From: Azolla caroliniana
Taxonomy: Eukaryota > Plantae > Polypodiophyta
DNA: 64,000 nt
NCBI GenBank assembly: GCA_043228905.1
Contig: JBHGNT010000013.1
Location: 4,526,001 to 4,590,000 of the forward strand
Reading direction: 5' to 3'
Part shown: piece by piece, positions 1 through 10,887 of the stretch
Layout: the number at the start of each line of letters is the position of its first letter
Position numbering within the stretch: position 1 is the first letter of the stretch
Position numbers and translations under genes: made by a program
The notes under the pieces: generated by a model
Told to the model about the DNA's origin: nothing
The model's database searches: none
What the model saw: the letters and a program-made list of their open reading frames with translations, nothing else

Positions 1-1900
1 TGGAAATCTCTAAGGGGCTCTTCTCTCTTTGAGAGGATATCTCCGTCCTCCATTTGTTCGTCATCCGAATCCAATTCGGGATCTTGTCCAGTTTCGGTGT
101 CTTCTTCTTCTTCTTCGGCCAATTCGGTTTCTTGTCCGTATCCGGCTGGTTCGTCTAGTGTCATCCGGTTACCGGCTAACATCCGGTTTTTAATCGGGTA
201 TATCCTTGTGTCCTCAAGCCGGTTTTCATTGGATGATCCAGAGTTCATCAACTTCTTCTCCGACTCCCAATCGGCAATGGTCCTCTCTTCCATGAAGCCT
301 ATGTCCCGACTCCGGAACACGTTCTTGTCGACCAGATCCCACACCCGGTAACCGAACTCATCATTGCCCTATCCAAGGAATATGCATGGCCCAGACTTCG
401 GATCCAACTTTGCTCTCTTATCCTTTGCAACATGCACATATGCGAGACACCCGGTCACCTTCAGATGTCAGTAAGACACGTCCTTACCTGTCCATATTCT
501 TTGCGGTGTGTCTCCGTCCAAGGGTACTGAGGGTGATCTGTTTATCACATAGGTTTCCGTCGTCAACGCCTTATCCCAAAACGTATTGGGTAACTTTGCA
601 TGTGCTAGCATGCTCTAGACTCTCTCCATTATGGTCCACTTCATCCTTTCGGCCAGCCCATTCAATTCCATTATGGTCCAGATTTCCTTCAATCGGTAGT
701 ACTCCTCGAACTGCCCCCGGTATTCTCCTCCGTTGTCCGCTCGAACCGCCTTCAGTTTCCGGCCACTTTCTCTTTCCACACTTGCGTGGAGCTCCTTGAA
801 GACGGATAACACTTGATCCTTCGTCTTCAGTGGTGAGACCAACAACTTCCGGCTGTGGTCATCTATGAACGTCACAAAGTACTGCAATCTGGCATGTGAC
901 TTCGTGTCCACTTGACACACACCGGTATGCGCCAGCTCTAGTGGTGCCTTCCATCTCATCGATGGTCTTGACCGGAAGGAGGTCCATTTTTCTTGCCAGC
1001 CAAGCAATCAGTGCACTTCTCAAGTTGCACGTCCTTCACTGGAATGAGATTGTCTTCGACAAGTCTCTTCATCCCCTTCTGGCTCATATGACACAATCTC
1101 TTGTGCCACAACTCACCGGTAGTGTCAGATGCTACGTTCACTTCCTCCCGGCATATCCGAGCATTCATCAAGTACACTGTGTTGACCTTCCAGGCTCGAG
1201 CCACTATTAGGCTCCCTTTGCTGAACTTCATAACTCCGTTCCGGATGCTACCCGTGTAGCCTTCATCATCTAGCCAACCGACTTATATCAGGTTCAGTCG
1301 AACCTCCGGAACGTGTCAGACATCCTTCACCAACAACTTGTATCCGGTTGATGTTTTCAACAACACATATCCTATGTTGACAATTCGGCAGGTCCCTTCA
1401 TTCCCCATTCAGACACAACCATGATCTTCGGTTGTGTAGGATGAGAAGCATCTCCAGTCCGGTGGTAGGTGGAATGACGCTCCGGAATCAACAACCCACG
1501 TTGTCTCGTCGTCGACAAGGTTTAACTCATTCTCCTTGGTAATGAGCATTGGTTCTTCTTCACTTGTCGCGATTGCCGAAGTTCCTTTCCGATCCGGGCC
1601 TCTCCGGTCTGAACTCTTCTTCGAATCGATAGTGCCGGTTTCTTTCTCTTTGCAGAAATGCCGACAGTTCTTCTGGAAGTGCCCCGGCTTCCCACAGTAG
1701 AAGCAAGTAGGCCTCCCCCTTGACTTCGACCTCGTTCCCGATTTGTCCCGGTTTTGAGGACTCCGATACTAGCCTCTTCCTCGGTTGTGGTCATCTTCGG
1801 TAACTAAGGCCTTCGGATCGGTTCCAGACTCCCACTCCTTCCAGTGAGCTTCTTCATCTAGCAAGCTTGATTTTACCGTTGCTAGGGACAATTGTTCTCC
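1..1900 (-). pseudogene. Degenerate Ty1/Copia gag-PR-INT fragment (same family as element C)
   Basis: ORF pieces 615-1007 and 956-1231 (YFVTFIDDHSRK, RADNGGEY, GELWHKRLCHMS) closely match the polyprotein at 5948-10021. It has frameshifts and internal deletions, and runs off the window start. Confidence 0.9.
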
Positions 1901-1904
1901 TTCT

Positions 1905-2340
1905 AGCCCGGTGTATTATACAAATGAGGTATAGTACGAACTATACAAATGATGAGGTATTATACGTATCTAAACGTTAAATACGGCTATGTAAACAACC
2001 ATGGAGTACATAGAATGTTTACATGGAAAACCCTAATGGGAAAAACCACGGGAGCCCCTAGACTCTAAGCTATCACTATATAAGAAAAGGTACAATTAGA
2101 GACTCGGAGGCAACAACCTCGAGCTCTGTATCTTGACCAACCGGCGGTTATAACATAGTATCACTTTGTATCTCCTCTCTCTCTATACAACAATTATCTC
2201 AACAACAATATGACAACCACACTCTACGAAGTCATTGCCCTAAGTTATATTTATACTTATATGAACTTAGGGCTATTTACAAATATAGCCTCAATAGGCT
2301 TACTCAAAACATATTTACAAATCTGTCTTCACTTCCGGTT
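1905..2340 (-). repeat. Partial Copia LTR (C-family), probably the 5' LTR of the 1-1900 fragment
   Basis: Shares C-LTR motifs: GGAAAACCCTA..GGGAAAAACCACGGGAG, GCCCTAAGT.ATATTTATAC and GGCTATTTACAAATATAGCCTCAA. Ends are not resolved; PBS and gag N-terminus are missing. Confidence 0.65.
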
Positions 2341-2344
2341 CTCA

Positions 2345-3352
2345 CCATGAGAACTAAAGGGAAGCAAGGATGGATAGAGGCATGGCTAGCCTGCTTCCTA
2401 CAGAGAAGTTCGACAGAAGCAACTATGCATCTTGATCCTACAAGATGCACCGGTACCTGCTCGGGCATGGCTACTCGAGTTATGACGATGGAGCTAATGA
2501 CACAACACCTAAATCGAGACATAGAGATTTCCCGACCTGGGAGCAGGCGGCAAGCAAAGTTCGATACTACCTTGCGCCCTCTGTTAGCGATCAGTTCTTG
2601 AGCTACATTTGGGATGCCAAGACGCTAAAGGTCGCGTGGGCAAATCTCAACGGCTAGGAAGCTGTAGCTGAGACAAGAGCTCAACAATGTTCGATAGAAA
2701 GATCTGTTTGTGGCCGATTACACGGCCCGAATCAAGGAAATCTACAATTCCAACGCCTCCGTCAACATGAATGTCGAGGAAGATGAGATGGGGCAGATGT
2801 GCCTTGGATGGCTAGCGTCGAAGTTCGGAGCATTCTGAACTGTTGTCTGTATGTGGGAGAATACGCCGTCATTTTTCTAGCTTCAATCAATGTTGGTCGT
2901 AGAGGAAAACCATGTGGGTGCGTCCACGAGTACGCACACCGACATCAAGATGTTGTACACGTGGTTGTGGTGGACGTGTAAGAGAGACCCCGTGGTCGTG
3001 GTGGACGAGGCAGATCGACGCGCAATGGAGGTGGCCGAAAACAACAGAACGTGCGGCATAATCAAAATACCGGAAGTAGTTCCGAACCCTCTAGAAGCAG
3101 GGGGAGTCATGGTGGTGCTGGAAACCGGCAAGAGAAGGCTGCGATGGATTGCTGGTACAGTGGTAAGAAAGGCCACAGAGAGAGTGAGTGCTGGAATAAA
3201 AGAGAGGATTCAAACAAAGCCGGATCGAGCGGAAGAGACGTAGGAAAGCGTCAGAAATCGCACTGCGCCAAGGGCTCCGAACGAGCCGGAAATGGATCAG
3301 GCCCAACCTTCGTAATGAAGCACAAGGCCAATTTGATGGCCGTGAACACCAT
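2345..3352 (+). pseudogene. Copia F, part 1: degenerate gag
   Basis: Contains WDAKTLKVAWANL and the zinc-knuckle-like CWYSGKKGHRESECW. The frame continues across the element A insertion into KLSKVWYVDSGALNHM at 47730. Confidence 0.8.
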
Positions 3353-3845
3353 TGTTATCCGTTCCTTTGGAAAACACCTTCGATGAGCCCACAAGCTATT
3401 GGTGTCAAGGGATCGTGTTACGTGGAAGCTTCTTCTACACGGGAAAAAGAGAACAAGGATCATACACGACCTGCAACCCATTAAGTATGAACGTAGCCCG
3501 AATTACGAGTACGGGGAGAATACACAGATAGGAGTTTAGAAAAGACGAAACTTATATTCCATGATAAAGCTTACAGTGATTACAGTACTCGGCCTCAGTC
3601 GGAAACAGTACGTACAGAGCTTGCTCCTATGATATTACTCTCGCTCAGAATGATCTAGGTATCTCTCCCCCTCCCGAGGTACGCAGACCTCGGTTTATAT
3701 ACTTTTTCTTCAGATAGAGCCGAGCGATCGGCTAACTGTGAGGCTTGAAACTCGGCGTTTTCCTAACTCTACCTTCCTTACCTACTCGCCTTACCTACCG
3801 GCGTATTACATTTAACTAATTTATATTTCTAGCCTATGGACAACA
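3353..3845 (-). repeat. 3' LTR of Gypsy A
   Basis: Direct repeat of 47232-47724. Confidence 0.95.
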
Positions 3846-3961
3846 CCTGTCACGCCCGTGGGACAGGACTTTGTCCGTCGGACCCACGGTTCACCATAGA
3901 TTTGGCAAAACAACACAAATTACAAAAATTACCCGTTTCTACGAGATCTTATAGGTTGGTT

Positions 3962-4833
3962 TTATTCCTCTTCCAATATGCCGAGGATATCCTCGGGGAC
4001 GTGGGGTTGGGCTGGCTGCTTGGGAGGTGGAGTTGGTGATGGAGGTTGTGTTGCCGAGTCGGGGATGACGGTGTTGTCGTGTGTGCCCTCCTCTATTGGG
4101 ATTGATTCGGGCAGGGTCGGGGTTATACTCTGTGGCTCCGGTGGGATGTGGAGGTCTGTAGGGGCAGGTTCCTCCTGTCTAACTGCCGTGGTGAGTGGCT
4201 CGGTTGGGATATGGAGGTCGGTAGGGGCAGGTTCCTCCGGTCGAGCTGCCGTGGGAAGTGACTCGGTTCCTTGCTCGGTGGTGGTGGGAGCTCTGTGACT
4301 CCCGGTAGCGAGTTGTTCCTCCTCGTACGCTTCGGCTTCTAAACGAAACACCATTAGATCATCATTGAATTCCTCCAAGAGTTGCTCAATGGCCGCGGTG
4401 TGGGATGTTGCCAAGGTATGATATTCCTCTGTTAAGTCTTCACGGAGGGTCTAGATGCTGGTGTCATCCATCTTGTAAAACCCTCGGGCCTCCTTCCATC
4501 GGTTCTTGGCATCCGCGCGTAGTATGTGTAGGTCGGCGGCTTGGACTGGCCACTCCTGCCAGATGTGGTCAAGCATTTCTTTGATCTTCGTGGTGAATTG
4601 CTGGCGATACTTGTTGATTAGGATCTTGATTTTAGTAGCGTCCATGCCGATGCTCGCGCGGTGAACTTCCAGTGCCTCCCTTGCGGCCTTGGCTTCTGCT
4701 TGGCTTTTACGGACGAAGAGTGCTAAAGTAGCTTGATTATCTTTTGCTTTTTCAATAATGAGCCCGATGGTCTGCTCATAACGGTTGGTGAGCTGCGCTA
4801 CAGTTTCGTCCATTTCCTGTCGCCAAGCTTCCC
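3962..4833 (-). pseudogene. Gypsy A accessory ORF, C-terminal part
   Basis: QEWPVQAADLHILRADAKNRWKEARGFYKMDDTSI...ILEEE* aligns with the accessory ORF of B (10888-11934). Confidence 0.8.
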
Positions 4834-5654
4834 TGTTGTCTGCCCGGCCGGACTAGCCTCAACATAGGTGTCTATCCGACACTTCTCCAAAGGGGTGGTA
4901 AGGATTGGATACTAGGTTACACGCGTAAGATGATTACAATTAAGCACAGACGGTAAACAATACGAAGATACAGATAAACATGCAATAATTACTATTGTAT
5001 TACTTCTGTCAAACCCTTTACAATTCATCGGATCCTTTTATAGGCATCCGGCAAGGTTACAATCGGTGCGCTTAGGCAACCGACATCCGAATCGGTCCGG
5101 ATTCGGATCGGTACAACTGTACCGGATCCGTCCCTCCGAATAATAATTCTACTATTATTTACTTCCTATTATCCGATCCGACTCCGCCTTGTTGGGAATC
5201 ACCGGCTTGGGTTCACCTTCTCCTCTCGGCCACAACCGAGTAATCGCGGATCAATGCAGCAGAAAATAGGAAATACAGAGAAAGACGCGATACACAGGGA
5301 TTAACGTGGAAAACCCTATACGGGAAAAACCACGGGAGTGCGAGACTCCAAACCAAACTATGCACAGAGAAATATACAATGGCGAGCTGCAAGGCAACGA
5401 CCTTGAACTCGCTGTCCTCGCCACAGGCGGCGGAAATACACAGAGGCGTCTACCTCTTCGTCTCTCTCGTACTCTATCTCTCTCTCTCTCTCTGGGCTGC
5501 TTCCTCTTCACTCCTCTTAAGTGGAAAAACAGAAAAATGAGTAGCCCCCTAAACTGTTTGCCCTAAGTCATATTTATACACATATGACTTTCAGGCTATT
5601 TACAAATATAGCCTCAAGGGCCCTTGGCAAACATATTCACAAATATGTCCCCGC

Positions 5655-5860
5655 ATCCGGATCTCTCTCCGGGTACATTCGTCATCCGGTTCCGTAACCG
5701 GGGTCTTCATCATCCGGATCCGTATCCGGGTACTCTTCATCATCCGGATCCGCATCCGGGTACTCTTCATCATCCGGATCCGCATCCGGGTATACTTCAT
5801 CATCCGGATCCGCATCCGGGTACACTTCATCCGGCTTCATGCCGGGTACTCTTCATCGTC
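5655..5860. repeat. 30-bp tandem repeat in the C LTR (second copy at ~10516-10720)
   Basis: About 4-5 units of CATCCGGATCCGCATCCGGGTACTCTTCAT. Confidence 0.9.
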
Positions 5861-5947
5861 CGGTTCCGTAACCGCAACCGGGCCTGCCGTCATTTATCTC
5901 CGGGGACATCCCATCCGGAGGGACCGAAATCCCAACAAACTCCCCCT

Positions 5948-8900
5948 TCACTTCGGCATGGGATGTCTCTCCAATCCGATCCTCTTCCGGCATGCTTCCA
6001 GCTTGTCGGGTGTGAGCACCTTGGTCAGCATATCCGACCCGTTCTCGTCCGTGTGGATCTTTGTCAGCACGAACTCCTTGTCTTCTATCCTTTCCCGGAT
6101 CCAGTGATATCTTCGCTGGATGTGCTTCGTCCGGGAGTGATAGGCCGCGTTCTTCGCAAGGTGGATTGCACTTTGACTGTCGCAGTAGAGTCGGTACTCC
6201 TCCTGCCGGATACCGAGCTCTCTAATGAAGTCCTTCATCCATATTACTTCCTTGCCGGCTTCAACAGCTGCCATGTACTCCGCCTCCGTGGTTGACAACG
6301 CAACCGTCTTCTGCAGCCTCGACTGCCACGAAACGGCTCCCCCTGCATACGTCATCACATACCCTGACGTGGACCGGCTGGTATCTGCATCAGCCGACAT
6401 ATCCGAATCGGTGAAACCGTCGAGTTCGGGTTTACCGGAGCCGAATCGGAGGCACACATTCGCTGTGCCCTTCAGGTATCGCAGTATCCATTTGATCGCG
6501 TTCCAATGCTCTTTGCCGGGATTGCTCATGTACCGGCTCACCACTCCGACTGCATATCCGATGTCCGGTCTCGTACACACCATGGCGTACATCAAGCTCC
6601 CGACGGCTGAGGCATACGGCACTTTCATCATATCCTCCTTTTCAGCCTTTGTCTTGGGGCTTTGCTTGCTGGACAGCTTGCAGTTTGCCGGGAGGGTCGA
6701 TCCGACCGGTCTTGCCTCCGACATGTTGAACCGGTGAAGCACCTTCGTCACGTACTTCTCCTGTGACAGCCACAACTGCTTCTTCTTCCGGTCCTGGATG
6801 ATGTGCATCCCTAATATTTGCCTCGCCTGACCCAGGTCCTTCATTGAGAAGGTTCGGTGAAGAGCCTTCTTCAGCATCCGTATCTTGACCTGGTCCCGTC
6901 CGACGATCAACATGTCGTCCACGTACAGGAGGAGTATTAGAAAGTCTCCTCCTTCGAACTTCTTCACAAACACGCAGTGGTCGGACTGCGTTTTGAGGTA
7001 CCCTTCGTCGGTCATGAAGGAGTCGAACTTCCGGTACCATTGCCGGGGAGCCTGCTTCAGTCCGTAAAGGCTCTTCTTCAACCGGCATACCAGGTGCTCC
7101 TTCCCTTTCTTCTCGAATCCTTCCGGTTGCTGCATGTATATCTCTTCTTCGAGGTCACCGTGAAGGAATGCCGTCTTCACGTCCATCTGTTCTACCTCGA
7201 GGTCCATGCTTGCCGCTATGCTCAGCACCGTCCGAATGGAGGTCATCTTCACTACCGGGGTGAATATCTCGTCGAAGTCGACGCCCTTCTTCTGCTGAAA
7301 CCCCTTCACCACGATCCTGGCTTTGTATCTCGAGGGGTTTCCGGCATCTCCCGGTTTCAGCTTGAACACCCACTTGTTTCGAAGTGCCCGCTTTCCTTTC
7401 GGCAACTCCACAAGTTCATATGTGTGGTTCTCATGCAGGGAATCCATCTCGTCCTGCATGGCACTCAACCACCTGCGGCTCTTGGTGTCATGCTTTGCTT
7501 CTTCAAGGCTCTCCGGCTCCCCCTCGTCGGTTAGCAGCACGTGCTCTGGTTCCGGAAATCTCCGGGGGGCCCTTCTCTCTCTTAGAGGATATCTCCGTTC
7601 CGGAGCTTCGGTAACCGGTTCTTCCGATTCTTCTTCATCCGAATCCATTTCGGGATCGGGGCCGGTTCCGGTATCATTTTCATCTTCTTCGGCCGGTTCT
7701 GTTTCTTCACCGTCTTCGGCCGGATCCTCGAGTGCTAACCGGTCCCTTGCCGGTCGGGACTGCTCCTCGTAGAGTTGATTCTCACCGGTCGACTTGGAGC
7801 TCTTCATCTTCTTCTCCGACTCCCAGTCGGCGAGTGTCTTGTCCTCCATGAAGATGATATCACGACTCCTGAATATCTTCTTGTCGACCGGGTCCCATAC
7901 TCGGTAGCCGAACTCGTCGTCGCCGTAACCGAGGAATATGCATGGACGGGTCTTTGGATCTAGCTTTCCTCTCCGGTCCTTTGCCACATGCACATATGCG
8001 AGACACCCGAACACCTTCAGATGCCGGTAGGATACTTCCCTACCGGTCCACACTCTCTGCGGCGTGTCTCCGTCCAAAGGTACTGAGGGTGATCTATTTA
8101 TCACATATGTCGCCGTCGACATTGCCTCAGCCCAAAATCCCTTGGGTAATTTCGCATGCGCCAGCATACTCCGGACCCTCTCCATTATGGTCCGGTTCAT
8201 CCTCTCGGCCAGCCCGTTCAGTTCCGGCGTCTTCGGCACAGTAAACTCGAGTCGGATTCCCTTCGAGCGACAGTACTCCTGGAACTGCCCCCGGTATTCC
8301 CCTCCGTTATCCGCTCGTATCGCTTTCAGCTTCTTGCCGGATTCTCTTTCCACTCTTGCATGGAGTTCTTTGAAGACGGACAACACTTGGTCCTTTGTCT
8401 TCAACGGTGCCGTCCACAGTCTTCGGCTGTGATCATCTATGAAGGTTACGAAGTACTGGGCTCCGCCATGTGACTTCGTTTCTACCTGACACACATCAGT
8501 GTGCACCAACTCCAATGGTGCGCCACGTCTCGTCGGTGGCCTTGAGTGGAAAGAGGTTCGGTTCTGTTTACCGGCCAGGCAATCGGTGCACTTCTCCAGG
8601 TGCACATGCTTCACTGGAATAAGGTTGTCTTCTGCAAGCCTCTTCATCCCTTTCTCACTCATGTGGCACAGTCTCTTGTGCCACAGCTCACCGGCAGTGT
8701 CGGCCGCCACGTTCAGCTCCTCCGGACATAGCCGGGAATTCATCAGGTACAGTGTGTTGACCTTCCGGGCCCGAGCCACTATCAGGCTCCCCTTGCTGAA
8801 CTTCATGACACCGTTCCGGATGCTACCCGTGTAGCCTTCATCATCTAGCCTCCCAGCCGAGATCAGGTTCAATCGGACCTCCGGAACGTGTCGCACATCC

Positions 8901-10021
8901 TTCAGCAGCATCTTGCATCCGGTTGATGTCATCAGCCACACGTCTCCTATGCCGGCAATCCGGCATGTACCTTCATTTCCCATCCGGACACAGCCGTGCT
9001 CACCGGCTGTGTAGGATGAGAAGTATTTCTTCTCCGGGGTCAGATGGAACGATGCTCCGGAATCGACCACCCAGGTCATCTCCTCACCGGCAAGGTTCAG
9101 CTCCGTCTCTTCGGTAATGAGCATTATCTCTTCTTCACTTGCCGCGAGTGCTGTCGTTCCTTTCCGGTCCTGCCCTCGCCGATCCGGACCTCTCCGGTCC
9201 GTGGCTCCCCGGTATGCACCGATTCTCTCCGGTGACTTCTTCGAATCGGCGTCGTCGGCTCCGTTGTCTTTTCGGTAATGCCGACAATTCTTCCGGAAGT
9301 GCCCCGGCTTCCCACAGTGGAAGCATGTGGGTCTTCCTCTTGATTGCGACCGGGTCCCAGACTTCTCCCGTCTTTGCGGACTCCGGTTCCATTGTCTTCC
9401 CCGTTCCGATTCGGTAAGCAGCGCCTTCGAGTCGGAGGCCGGTTCCTTATCTCTCCGACGCGCTTCTTCATTTAGAATACTTGTCTTTACCGTTTGTAGA
9501 GACAAGTTATCTTCGGTGCAGGAGGTGCTGAGAGTCACCACCAAGTTCTCCCAGCTTTCCGGCAATGTACACATCAGGATGATGGCTTGCATTGCATCCT
9601 CCAATGGGAACTTGATCGCCGCAAGCTGATTCACGAATCCCATGAACGTGCTTACGTGTTCCACCATACTCTCGCCGTCCCGGTACTTGAGATTCACTAT
9701 CTTCCTCATCAGGGAGGTCCGGTTCAACGCATTCTTCCTCTCGTAGAGGCCCGACAGCTTCTTCCACATCTCGTATGCGTTGGTGTCGTTCGCCACGTGT
9801 TGTAGGACGCTTACATCGACATATTGTCGGATCGTCGCTACGGCTTTCCGGTTCAGGAGCTTCCACTCCGACTCAAGTACCCCTTTCGGTATTTCCGACC
9901 TGTCAATCGGTTCGTACAGGTCCCGAACAATCAGAAGATCCTCCATCTTGATCTTCCAGTCGGCGTAATTCTGTGCATTCAGCACCATCATCATCGGCTG
10001 TGCGCTGCCGCCGCCTTCCAT
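5948..10021 (-). CDS. Copia gag-PR-INT-RT-RNaseH polyprotein (uninterrupted)
   Basis: Single ORF with CFHCGKPGHFRKNC, WVVDSGAS, HTD/ADNGGEY/NGLAERMN, MDVKTAFLHG, LYVDDML, FTDSD and TKHI. The likely start is the ATG at 10021 (MEGGG), just downstream of the PBS. Confidence 0.97.
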   Translation of the reverse strand: MEGGGSAQPMMMVLNAQNYADWKIKMEDLLIVRDLYEPIDRSEIPKGVLESEWKLLNRKAVATIRQYVDVSVLQHVANDTNAYEMWKKLSGLYERKNALNRTSLMRKIVNLKYRDGESMVEHVSTFMGFVNQLAAIKFPLEDAMQAIILMCTLPESWENLVVTLSTSCTEDNLSLQTVKTSILNEEARRRDKEPASDSKALLTESERGRQWNRSPQRREKSGTRSQSRGRPTCFHCGKPGHFRKNCRHYRKDNGADDADSKKSPERIGAYRGATDRRGPDRRGQDRKGTTALAASEEEIMLITEETELNLAGEEMTWVVDSGASFHLTPEKKYFSSYTAGEHGCVRMGNEGTCRIAGIGDVWLMTSTGCKMLLKDVRHVPEVRLNLISAGRLDDEGYTGSIRNGVMKFSKGSLIVARARKVNTLYLMNSRLCPEELNVAADTAGELWHKRLCHMSEKGMKRLAEDNLIPVKHVHLEKCTDCLAGKQNRTSFHSRPPTRRGAPLELVHTDVCQVETKSHGGAQYFVTFIDDHSRRLWTAPLKTKDQVLSVFKELHARVERESGKKLKAIRADNGGEYRGQFQEYCRSKGIRLEFTVPKTPELNGLAERMNRTIMERVRSMLAHAKLPKGFWAEAMSTATYVINRSPSVPLDGDTPQRVWTGREVSYRHLKVFGCLAYVHVAKDRRGKLDPKTRPCIFLGYGDDEFGYRVWDPVDKKIFRSRDIIFMEDKTLADWESEKKMKSSKSTGENQLYEEQSRPARDRLALEDPAEDGEETEPAEEDENDTGTGPDPEMDSDEEESEEPVTEAPERRYPLRERRAPRRFPEPEHVLLTDEGEPESLEEAKHDTKSRRWLSAMQDEMDSLHENHTYELVELPKGKRALRNKWVFKLKPGDAGNPSRYKARIVVKGFQQKKGVDFDEIFTPVVKMTSIRTVLSIAASMDLEVEQMDVKTAFLHGDLEEEIYMQQPEGFEKKGKEHLVCRLKKSLYGLKQAPRQWYRKFDSFMTDEGYLKTQSDHCVFVKKFEGGDFLILLLYVDDMLIVGRDQVKIRMLKKALHRTFSMKDLGQARQILGMHIIQDRKKKQLWLSQEKYVTKVLHRFNMSEARPVGSTLPANCKLSSKQSPKTKAEKEDMMKVPYASAVGSLMYAMVCTRPDIGYAVGVVSRYMSNPGKEHWNAIKWILRYLKGTANVCLRFGSGKPELDGFTDSDMSADADTSRSTSGYVMTYAGGAVSWQSRLQKTVALSTTEAEYMAAVEAGKEVIWMKDFIRELGIRQEEYRLYCDSQSAIHLAKNAAYHSRTKHIQRRYHWIRERIEDKEFVLTKIHTDENGSDMLTKVLTPDKLEACRKRIGLERHPMPK

Positions 10022-10887
10022 TTTCTGCAACAGTCGCTCTGATACCAGTTTGTTGGGAATCACCGGCTTGGGTTCACCTTCTCCTCTCGGCCACAACCGA
10101 GTAATCGCGGATCAATGCAGCAGAAAATAGGAAATACAGAGAAAGACGCGATACACAGGGATTAACGTGGAAAACCCTATACGGGAAAAACCACGGGAGT
10201 GCGAGACTCCAAACCAAACTATGCACAGAGAAATATACAATGGCGAGCTGCAAGGCAACGACCTTGAACTCGCTGTCCTCGCCACAGGCGGCGGAAATAC
10301 ACAGAGGCGTCTACCTCTTCGTCTCTCTCGTACTCTATCTCTCTCTCTCTCTCTGGGCTGCTTCCTCTTCACTCCTCTTAAGTGGAAAAACAGAAAAATG
10401 AGTAGCCCCCTAAACTGTTTGCCCTAAGTCATATTTATACACATATGACTTTCAGGCTATTTACAAATATAGCCTCAAGGGCCCTTGGCAAACATATTCA
10501 CAAATATGTCCCCGCATCCGGATCTCTCTCCGGGTACATTCGTCATCCGGTTCCGTAACCGGGGTCTTCATCATCCGGATCCGTATCCGGGTACTCTTCA
10601 TCATCCGGATCCGCATCCGGGTACTCTTCATCATCCGGATCCGCATCCGGGTACACTTCATCATCCGGATCCGCATCCGGGTACACTTCATCCGGCTTCA
10701 TGCCGGGTACTCTTCATCGTCCGGTTCCGTAACCGCAACCGGGCCTGCCGTCATTTATCTCCGGGGACATCCCATCCGGAGGGACCGAAATCCCAACACG
10801 CCTTCCCACTTGTCCTTGCTCTTCTGACCGGCCAACACATGGCACGCCCGTGGGAAAGTGCCTTGCACTTCGAATCCACTCCCGGCC

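Larger units (their letters stand above)
5190..10798 (-). mobile_element. Intact, very young Ty1/Copia element C
   Basis: 748-bp LTRs at 5190-5937 and 10051-10798 with one mismatch seen. Perfect TSD CGCCT (5185-5189 / 10799-10803). PBS TGGTATCAGAGC (tRNA-iMet) at 10036-10047. PPT GAAGGGGGAG at ~5940-5949. Confidence 0.98.

Noticed and set aside
5251-6295. ORFs with HHPDPHPG / MRIRMMK repeats (also 10112-11003)
   Set aside because: They are translations of the LTR 30-bp tandem repeat.
10022-10096. N-terminal extension of the 1382-aa ORF
   Set aside because: It starts at a non-ATG codon inside the LTR and crosses the PBS; the ATG at 10021 is more plausible.
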